From Myxococcota bacterium (GTDB lineage: Bacteria; Myxococcota_A; UBA796; GCA-2862545): a stretch of DNA of 14,252 nt. Positions 1-6,997 of the stretch are shown one piece after another. A program made the position numbers and the translations under genes. Location: NCBI GenBank assembly GCA_039208735.1, contig JBCCQY010000194.1, positions 1-14,252 of the forward strand. The letters run 5' to 3'. The first letter of the stretch is position 1; each line of letters begins with the position of its first letter. The notes beneath the pieces are model-generated. The model had not been told where the DNA came from. It did not search any database and worked only from the letters and a program-made list of their open reading frames with translations.

Positions 1-96
1 CCTCCCCCCTGGTACCCCCCACCCCCGATCAACGGGGATCTCAACCCGACGGACCAACCTTCACTTCGATGGCTTCTTGACAGACTGGGGGCTTAC

Positions 97-3000
97 ATGA
101 ACGCGTTGTTGGCCCTGCTCGAACGGCGCCGTTTGATCGGCGCCATCGTTGCGCTGCTCGTGGGCGTCGGCCTGGTGGCTTGGGCGACGATGGTGCGACA
201 AGAAGATCCGACGTTCGAAGGACGGTTTGCCAGCGTTGTGGTGCCATGGCCAGGGGCCGACCCGCTCCGGGTGGAGCGGCTCCTCGTTCAGCCCCTCGAG
301 GATGCGTTGGCTGACGTGCCCGAAATTCGGCGCATCGAAGCGACTGCGCGCACCGGCGTGGCCGTGCTCACCCTCGAGCTGCGCGATCACATCTACGAGA
401 CCGACGATGCGTGGGACGAGGTGCGGACCCAGCTCGCCGCCGCCGATCTGGCGCTGCCCGAGGGTTCGGGTCCTGTGGACCTCGACACCGGAGTCGGCGA
501 CCCGGCCAGTGTCGTGCTCCTGCTGACCGGCCACGACGACTTGCTCGTGTTGCGTCGGGCGGCTCGGGAACTCGAGGATGCGTTGCTGCTCGTGCCCGGC
601 GTGTCACGGGTGGAGCGCATCGCCGATCCCGGCGAGCAAGTCACGGTTCGACTCGAACCCGCGATGGCGTCGCGGCTCGACCTGGACCCCGGACGGTTGG
701 CGAGCGTTCTGCAGGCCCGCAACGCGGTCACCCCCAGCGGCAATGTCGTGGTCGACGGCCGGAGCGCGGTGCTGGCACCCAAGGTCGAGCTGCCCGATCT
801 CGAGGACTTCCGAAAGACCCCTTGGGTGCTTCCGGACGGTTCAGCGGTGCCCCTTGGCGAACTCGCTCGGGTGACCCTCGAACCTTCTTCGCCAGCGAGT
901 GAACGGGTGCTGTTCGACGGTCGACCCGCCGTCGGATTGGCCGTGATTCCTGAACTCCCGCAGGATCTGGTTTCGTTTGGGGATCGGGTGGATACGGTTC
1001 TCGCCGCCGCCACGCCGAGCCTTGAAGGCGTGTCCGTCGAACGATTCGCGTACCAGCCGGAACACGTGCGGGATCGACTTGGCGACCTCACGCAGACCCT
1101 GTTGTTCTCGATGGCTATCGTCGCAGGGGTGCTGCTGCTGGCCATGGGGTTCCGACTGGGGCTTGTCGTGGCGAGCGTGGTGCCGCTTGTGGCGTTGGGC
1201 ACCGTTGCGATCTACGCGATGGGCGGCGGGGTTCTCCACCAGATCTCGATTGCGGCCCTCGTGCTTGCGCTGGGCCTTCTCGTCGACAACGCCATCGTGG
1301 TGGCCGAGACCGTGCAGCGCCACCTTGACGATGGGGTGCCGGCGCTCGAGGCCGCCCGGCGTGCGGTGCTGGAACTCGGGGTTCCCCTGGGCACCGCCAC
1401 GGGCACGACGGTAGCGGCGTTCGTCCCGATGTGGCTTGCGGGCGGGGGGACGGCCGACTTCACCCGTGCCATCCCCGTCGTCGTCGTGACCGCATTGGTG
1501 CTGTCGTACTTCTTTGCCTTGGCCGTAACGCCCGCACTCGCCGCCCTGTTCCAGCGTCCGACGGCCGCCGCGTCGCAGAGCCGCCTCGATGGCCTCGCCT
1601 TGCGGCTGGGGCGCGCGGTGGTGGCCCGCCCCGGCTGGGCGGTCACCGCGGTGGGCGGCCTGCTCGTGCTGGCACTCGCGATGTTGCCGGCCGTGCGGCA
1701 GCAGTTCTTTCCGCTGTCGGACCGGGCCCGCGTGTTGGTGACCATCGAATTGCCCGAGGGGGCGCACCTCTCCGAGACCCGCCGAATCGTAGAGCGGCTC
1801 GATCGCAAGGTGGCGAATCTCCCCGATGTTGAGCGACGAACCGCATTCATCGGACGGGGACCCCCTCGCTTTTACTACAACCTCAACAACACGCCACAAA
1901 GCCCCCATGCGGCAACCCTCGTGATCGATGCGGCGTCTTCCGAGGCGGTGCCCGAACTCGTCGCGAGGGTGCGACAGCTCGCCCGCGACTTGCCCGAGGC
2001 CACCGTCGTGCCCCGCCGCTTGCAGCAGGGGCCGCCGGTGGGGTCGCCGGTCGAGGTCCGGTTGGAAGGCGCCGACCTCGATGAGCTGGGCGCGGCCGCC
2101 GAAGCGGTGACCCGTGCGCTACGGGACTTGCCCGAGACCCGCGATGTCCATCACGACTTGGGGATCGGAGTACCCACGTTGTCGTGGGCCATCGACGATG
2201 CGGCGGCGGGTCGACGAGGCCTCGCCCGACGTGATGTCGCGTTGTCGCTGTTGGGACGGACGCGAGGGCTGCCCGCGGGGGAGGCGCGCGGAGGACGCGA
2301 GCCGGTTCCGGTGGTCGTGACCACCCCCCAAGGCGAACGCACCCCCGTCGATGCGCTCGGGACGACGATGTTGGCTGCCCCACGCGCATTGTCGACCCCG
2401 CTGTCGGCGGTGGCTCACCAAGAGGTCACCTGGGGCCCAGCGGCGATCCGCCGGGTGGATCGCACTCGGGTCATCACGGTCGGGGCCGAACTGGTCGAAG
2501 GTGCCTCTTTCTCGGCGGTTACCGCCCACCTCGATGCCTTCCAGGCTCTGGTTCCCTCGTCGGTCGAGGTGCGGCTCGGGGGTGAAGCCGAGGGGTCGTC
2601 CGAGGCTAATGCGGCGTTGCTGCAGACCTTTCCCTTAGGGGTGGGTCTGCTGCTGCTGTTCCTGTTCCTCGAATTCGACAGCGTGCGTCGGGTTGGCATC
2701 GTGTTGGTCACCGTGCCGTTGGCCGCGGTGGGGGTGATTCCCGGCTTGGCGCTGTCGGGGCAGCCGTTCGGATTCATGTCGCTGCTTGGCGTCATTGCAC
2801 TTGTGGGCGTGGTCGTGAACAACGCGATCGTGCTGCTCGATGTGATCGAGCATCAGCGACGGGGGGACACTCCCGTGTCCGAGGCCGTGGCCCAGGCGGT
2901 TCGGCTGCGCACCCGGCCCATCTTGCTCACCACGGGCACCACGGTGGTAGGAATGCTGCCCCTTGCCTTGTCGAGCAGTCCCCTGTGGCCGCCGCTCGCG

Positions 3001-4377
3001 TGGGCGATGATCAGCGGGCTGGTGGCCTCGACGGGGCTCACGTTGGTGGCGGTCCCCGCGCTCTACCAGTTGCTGGTCGGTCGCGATTCGGGCCGGTGGC
3101 TCGCGGGGTTGGGGCCGGCGGTGGCGGGGCTCCTCCTTGCGACCCCCGCCCTTGGCGCCGAGCTGACGTTTGCCGAGACCGTGGCCGCGGGACGTGAAGC
3201 GCCGACGGCCCAGGTGGCGCGTCACGATGTCGAAGCGGCGGAAGCCACCCAACGAACCGCCCGCCGCTCGGCGTTTGCGCCGGTCGTGACGGGCTCGGTG
3301 AGCAGCTACCGGCGGGATGCCCCGCTTGAGGTCGAGTTTGAGCTGCCGCCGCTGCCGGGCCTGGACGATCTAGGTCCCCAACGTCTGGTTCAGCAGCCGG
3401 AATCGCTGACCTCGGCCGGCGCCGACGTTCGTGTGCCGATCGTCGATGCAGGAGCGATCGCGCGGATCGCGCCCGCCAAGCGGGCACGGGTGGCGGCGGA
3501 ACATGCCGCCGACCGAGCCGAGGAACTCTCAGCGCAGGCCGCCGCCGACGCTTGGCTCGACGTGCGACGCCTCGATGCGGAACGGCAGGCCAACCGAGCC
3601 TACGTCGAAGCCCTTGCGTCACTGCACGCGGACCTGACCCGCCGGTACGAGGCTCGACTCGTGGTCGAGGCCGATGTGCTGCGGGCCGAGGTGGCCCTGC
3701 TGGATGCGCAACAGGATGGCCGGCGCCTCGATGTGGCCCGCCGCACCGCGACGCTTCGGTTGGGGGCGGTGCTCGGGCGGACCGATGCGGTTGAGCCACA
3801 AGGGCCGCTCCCCGTCATCACGGCGGCTCGCAAAGACGGGGTGCGATCGGATCTCGTGGCCCAGGATGCGGCCATTCGGTCGCTGCGAGCGCAGCGGTCG
3901 GCCGTGTGGGCGGAGGGGCTGCCGTCGGTCGAGGGCTATGGCGCCTATCGATTCGTGGGCCAGGACAACCTCGTCGACAACGATTGGTTGGAGGTGGGCG
4001 TCGTGGCGTCATGGACCCCGATGGCCCGAGGAACGCGGCCCAGTCGCGCGCGCACGTTGGGCGCCCAACTGGCCAGGGCAGAAGCCGAACGTCGCCAGCT
4101 CGCGTTGGCGATCGAGGTCGAACGTGCGGCCGCGGAGGCCGAATCCGAGCTGGCCTCGTCCGAGGTGGAGGTCCGGACGCGTGCGGTCGAGCAGGCCGAA
4201 CTCGCTGCGACCCAGGTGCGCGACCGCTTTGACCGGGGCCTGGCGACGCTCACCGACTTGCTTCAGGCCGAGGCCGACCTGCGCAACCAACGGACCCGCC
4301 GCGAGGTGGCCCAAATCGAAGCGGTCCGAGCCGCCGTGCGTCGTGCCGTGGCGCGTGGAGGCTGGGCGACCGATTAG
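97..4377 (+). CDS. RND efflux permease (AcrB/AcrD/AcrF family) fused to a C-terminal TolC-like outer membrane factor
   Basis: 1426-aa ORF with GGGGG just upstream of the ATG. Residues ~1-995 have RND architecture: TM1, periplasmic domain, TM2-6 with GLLVDNAIVVAE, 'QQFFPLSDR', second periplasmic domain, and TM8-12 with GVVVNNAIVLLD and RTRPILLT. Residues ~1021-1426 have two OEP-like repeats ('RRYEARLVVEADVLRAEVALLDAQ', 'RDRFDRGLATLTDLLQAEADL') plus beta-strand segments. Confidence 0.93.
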   Translation: MNALLALLERRRLIGAIVALLVGVGLVAWATMVRQEDPTFEGRFASVVVPWPGADPLRVERLLVQPLEDALADVPEIRRIEATARTGVAVLTLELRDHIYETDDAWDEVRTQLAAADLALPEGSGPVDLDTGVGDPASVVLLLTGHDDLLVLRRAARELEDALLLVPGVSRVERIADPGEQVTVRLEPAMASRLDLDPGRLASVLQARNAVTPSGNVVVDGRSAVLAPKVELPDLEDFRKTPWVLPDGSAVPLGELARVTLEPSSPASERVLFDGRPAVGLAVIPELPQDLVSFGDRVDTVLAAATPSLEGVSVERFAYQPEHVRDRLGDLTQTLLFSMAIVAGVLLLAMGFRLGLVVASVVPLVALGTVAIYAMGGGVLHQISIAALVLALGLLVDNAIVVAETVQRHLDDGVPALEAARRAVLELGVPLGTATGTTVAAFVPMWLAGGGTADFTRAIPVVVVTALVLSYFFALAVTPALAALFQRPTAAASQSRLDGLALRLGRAVVARPGWAVTAVGGLLVLALAMLPAVRQQFFPLSDRARVLVTIELPEGAHLSETRRIVERLDRKVANLPDVERRTAFIGRGPPRFYYNLNNTPQSPHAATLVIDAASSEAVPELVARVRQLARDLPEATVVPRRLQQGPPVGSPVEVRLEGADLDELGAAAEAVTRALRDLPETRDVHHDLGIGVPTLSWAIDDAAAGRRGLARRDVALSLLGRTRGLPAGEARGGREPVPVVVTTPQGERTPVDALGTTMLAAPRALSTPLSAVAHQEVTWGPAAIRRVDRTRVITVGAELVEGASFSAVTAHLDAFQALVPSSVEVRLGGEAEGSSEANAALLQTFPLGVGLLLLFLFLEFDSVRRVGIVLVTVPLAAVGVIPGLALSGQPFGFMSLLGVIALVGVVVNNAIVLLDVIEHQRRGDTPVSEAVAQAVRLRTRPILLTTGTTVVGMLPLALSSSPLWPPLAWAMISGLVASTGLTLVAVPALYQLLVGRDSGRWLAGLGPAVAGLLLATPALGAELTFAETVAAGREAPTAQVARHDVEAAEATQRTARRSAFAPVVTGSVSSYRRDAPLEVEFELPPLPGLDDLGPQRLVQQPESLTSAGADVRVPIVDAGAIARIAPAKRARVAAEHAADRAEELSAQAAADAWLDVRRLDAERQANRAYVEALASLHADLTRRYEARLVVEADVLRAEVALLDAQQDGRRLDVARRTATLRLGAVLGRTDAVEPQGPLPVITAARKDGVRSDLVAQDAAIRSLRAQRSAVWAEGLPSVEGYGAYRFVGQDNLVDNDWLEVGVVASWTPMARGTRPSRARTLGAQLARAEAERRQLALAIEVERAAAEAESELASSEVEVRTRAVEQAELAATQVRDRFDRGLATLTDLLQAEADLRNQRTRREVAQIEAVRAAVRRAVARGGWATD

Positions 4378-4733
4378 AAGCGGTCGGCCTGTTGCAAGAC
4401 CCAAAGGCCGGCGGCCACCGCGTTGGGGCACGACCGGTCGATGGTGCGGCGAACCACGTCGAGTCGCACCCACGACGACCCGTTGGGCTTGAGGATGGTG
4501 GTCTTGTCGAGCCAGCCCAGCGTGGTGGAACCGCTCGATTCGATGGCCAGCCGGCTGCTGCGCGAGCGGACGTAGCCTACGGTGCGACCGCTCTTTTCAA
4601 TGCGCCAGTCTGACCCGTTTCGCTTTGCGTAGCCGATGGTGTGGCTCGACCGTTCGATGCGCTCACCCACGCAGCGAATCGGGTTGGTTTGCGCATGGGC
4701 CGAACCCAACAGCACGATTCCGAGTCCCAACAT
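4374..4733 (-). CDS. Small secreted hypothetical protein with short beta repeats (possibly 5-fold beta-flower-like)
   Basis: GGAGG RBS 4 nt before the ATG. Short signal peptide ending AHA|Q. Internal repeats RIERSSHTIGY / RIEKSGRTVGY / AIESSGSTTLGW / TILKPNGSSW. C-terminal hydrophobic helix AVAAGLWVL. Fills the gap between two confident genes. Confidence 0.8.
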   Translation of the reverse strand: MLGLGIVLLGSAHAQTNPIRCVGERIERSSHTIGYAKRNGSDWRIEKSGRTVGYVRSRSSRLAIESSGSTTLGWLDKTTILKPNGSSWVRLDVVRRTIDRSCPNAVAAGLWVLQQADRF

Positions 4734-4765
4734 GGAGCCTCCACAGGCCCGTTATCCGATGCGGG

Positions 4766-6352
4766 TCAGAGCCGGCCTTCGTAGCCGCGACGTTCGATGG
4801 GGCACCACGCAAGCCGCAAGCCGCTCATCGGCGTGCGCAGCCAGTCTCGAAGTTCACGAGGATCGTCAAAGCGTTCCGCGGTCGCCCCAAACGCTCGGGC
4901 GAGCCCCACGTAGTCGGTGCCGGTCACGTCCGCGCGCCCGAAGTCGACGCCAACGTTGGGCAGCCCACGCTCCCGCTGCTTCTTTTCGATGAGGGCCAAG
5001 CTGCGGTCATCGATCACGACGATGGTGAGGTTTACCCCTAAGTCTCGTGCGGTGGCCAGCTCGCCGAGCGCCATTTCGAAGCCCCCGTCGCCCACCACGG
5101 CCACGGTGGGAGCCCCTGAACCCAGGGCGGCGCCAATCGCGACCGGCACGGCGTAGCCCATCGTGCACAGCCCGCTCGACTGCAGCAGGGTGCCTGGCTG
5201 CTCTGCGCGCCACATCTGGCTCAAGAGGATGCGGTGGGCTCCGGTGTCGACGGTGACGACGGTTTCGGGGGTGACGGCGTCGCGGATGGCGGTGATGAGC
5301 CCGGCCGGTCCCGGACCATCCTCGGCGGGGAACGCCACGGCGAGGGCCTGGCGTACCGATGCGCCGGTCCACATCGATGAGGAGCGCTCGATGCGACCCA
5401 ACAGGGCGTTGAAGGTGGCGTCGATGGGCCCGACCAAGCGCAGGTCGGTGCGATGCTCGGGGGGCCGCTCGGACGACACGCTGACGTCGATGACGGTCGT
5501 GGAGGTCTTGAACGGCTCGAGCCAACCGGATCGCATCTCGACTGCGTCGTAGCCAGCGAGGAGCACCACATCGGCCTCGGCCACCATGGGCAGGAGCAGC
5601 GCATCGGCCTTGGGCGACAATCCTGCCGCACTGACCCACAGGGGATGGGAATGCGGCATTGCGCCAATCGCCTTGTACGTGCCCAGGACAGGGGCGCGAA
5701 GTCGCTCCACGAGGCTTAGGAAGTGGGGGGAGCGCATGGCCTCGAGCCCCACCATCACCAAGGGACGCTCGGCGCGGGAAAGGCGTTTGGCGGCGCGGTC
5801 GAGGGTGGAGGCCTTGGGAATGGCGACCTGGCGCCGCAGCGGCGTGATGGGCGCTCCGGGGGCTTCGGCGACGTCGAGAGGCAGGTCGAAGTGGACGGGG
5901 CCCGGGCGACCCTCACGGGCTCGCCACAATCCTTCTTCGATGTCGCGCGCCGCGGTGGCGGCGGTGAGTCGGTAGCTCTCCTTCACGAGGGGGGCGAGGA
6001 GCGCCCGTTGGTCAAAGACCTGGTGCGTGAAGGCCACACCGTGATGGTCGGCCACGTTGCCCGTGATCACGATGAGAGGCACCCGATCGAGCTTGGCCTG
6101 CGCCACGGCGTTGGGGCAATTGGCCACCCCAGGCCCCACCGTGGCCACCAGCAACCCCGGGGCGCCGGTCACGTGGTGAAGCCCTTCGGCCAGTAGGCCC
6201 GCCCCCGTCTCATGGCGGGTGAGCACGAACCGAATCCCCGCGGCGCGAAGCGCTTCGAGCAAGGTGAGGGTTTCTCCGCCTGGAATGCCAAAACCAGTCC
6301 GGATTCCGGCCTGGACCAGCGCATGGGCGAGATGTTCAGCCACGGTTTGCAT
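4766..6352 (-). CDS. Thiamine diphosphate-dependent enzyme, acetolactate synthase large subunit-like
   Basis: Motifs FGIPGG, RHE (catalytic Glu), TVGPGVAN, GRPGPVHFDLPLD, DTGAH, SSGLCTMGYAVP and GDGGFEM-x-DD. Family-like N-terminus begins at MQTVAEHLA (ATG at 6352). The ORF-track start at 6397 is probably too far upstream. Confidence 0.9.
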   Translation of the reverse strand: MQTVAEHLAHALVQAGIRTGFGIPGGETLTLLEALRAAGIRFVLTRHETGAGLLAEGLHHVTGAPGLLVATVGPGVANCPNAVAQAKLDRVPLIVITGNVADHHGVAFTHQVFDQRALLAPLVKESYRLTAATAARDIEEGLWRAREGRPGPVHFDLPLDVAEAPGAPITPLRRQVAIPKASTLDRAAKRLSRAERPLVMVGLEAMRSPHFLSLVERLRAPVLGTYKAIGAMPHSHPLWVSAAGLSPKADALLLPMVAEADVVLLAGYDAVEMRSGWLEPFKTSTTVIDVSVSSERPPEHRTDLRLVGPIDATFNALLGRIERSSSMWTGASVRQALAVAFPAEDGPGPAGLITAIRDAVTPETVVTVDTGAHRILLSQMWRAEQPGTLLQSSGLCTMGYAVPVAIGAALGSGAPTVAVVGDGGFEMALGELATARDLGVNLTIVVIDDRSLALIEKKQRERGLPNVGVDFGRADVTGTDYVGLARAFGATAERFDDPRELRDWLRTPMSGLRLAWCPIERRGYEGRL

Positions 6353-6384
6353 CCGGCTCGGCCTAGCGGGCGGGTTTGCTTTCT

Positions 6385-6413
6385 GCAATCCGTTCAAAAG
6401 TGGAACGGTTTGC
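6385..6413. promoter_or_regulatory. Imperfect inverted repeat, candidate transcription-factor operator in a divergent promoter region
   Basis: GCAATCCGTTC-AAAAGTG-GAACGGTTTGC, 10 of 11 arm positions complementary. Lies in the AT-richer spacer between divergent starts at 6352 (-) and 6461 (+). Confidence 0.5.
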
Positions 6414-6460
6414 CGCCCGGACCGGTCGGGAGTGTGGGACCATCAGGCTCGGGAGGTACC

Positions 6461-6997
6461 GTGTCCACAGCTCGTGTTTGGCCAGATCAGGAGCCGGAAC
6501 TGCTCCACCTGCTGCCCCTCGTTTACGTCGCCTGGAGCGATCTTGAACTCGACGACCAGGAGATCGAAGCCATCCGCGAGGCGGCAGGCTGTCAGCAGGC
6601 CGACTCCGGGGTGTGTGCCGCACTTGGGTCGTGGCTCGATCCCGGCCAGCCACCTTCGGCGGGCGAACTGGCCCGCATCCAGCGCTGGGTTCGATCCGGC
6701 ACGGTCCAAGCACAAGCCCCTTCCACCGTCCGTACGGTCCTCGAAGACGCACTCGGACTGTCGGTCGAAGCAGCCCGTAAGGCCCAGCTTGCGGCCCCCT
6801 ACGTTACGCGTGGCCAGCTCCCACGCCGCCTGAGCCCGGGTTCGACGTGGCCGCGCTTGCGGATTTGCTCGACGGCCCCTACCCCGAGGAACGCCAACGG
6901 GTGCGTACTCTCCTTGAAGAACCGGTGTTTACCCACACCCTGGGACTCTCCACAGACCAGCAACGCGAACAAGTGCTGCGCTGGGTTGTTCGCCTAG
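6461..6997 (+). CDS. N-terminal (TerB-like) part of a frameshifted acyl-CoA oxidase. True coding portion probably 6461 to ~6830; the rest is out-of-frame run-on
   Basis: GGAGG at 6452-6456 precedes GTG 6461. Sequence LLPLVYVAWSDLELDDQEIEAIR...WLDPGQPPS resembles TerB-like 'AxxDGxxxxxE' helices and, from recall, the N-terminal extension of long bacterial acyl-CoA oxidases. After ~6830 the downstream frame carries the protein-like sequence. Confidence 0.6.
   Translation: MSTARVWPDQEPELLHLLPLVYVAWSDLELDDQEIEAIREAAGCQQADSGVCAALGSWLDPGQPPSAGELARIQRWVRSGTVQAQAPSTVRTVLEDALGLSVEAARKAQLAAPYVTRGQLPRRLSPGSTWPRLRICSTAPTPRNANGCVLSLKNRCLPTPWDSPQTSNANKCCAGLFA

Noticed and set aside
393..3799. Long antisense and alternate-frame ORFs within the RND-OMF gene (e.g. 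393-1202, 841-1908, 3038-3799)
   Set aside because: Typical high-GC shadow ORFs: rich in Arg/Pro/Ser/Ala, no motifs, fully overlapping a confident gene.
6401..6413. TGGAAC...TTGC as a sigma-54 promoter
   Set aside because: GG-to-GC spacing is 8 nt instead of the required 10.
6212..6460. 5' extension of the 261-aa ORF, and the 6397 start of the ThDP gene
   Set aside because: They overlap the divergent gene or promoter. Better starts exist at GTG 6461 (GGAGG RBS) and ATG 6352 (family N-terminus).
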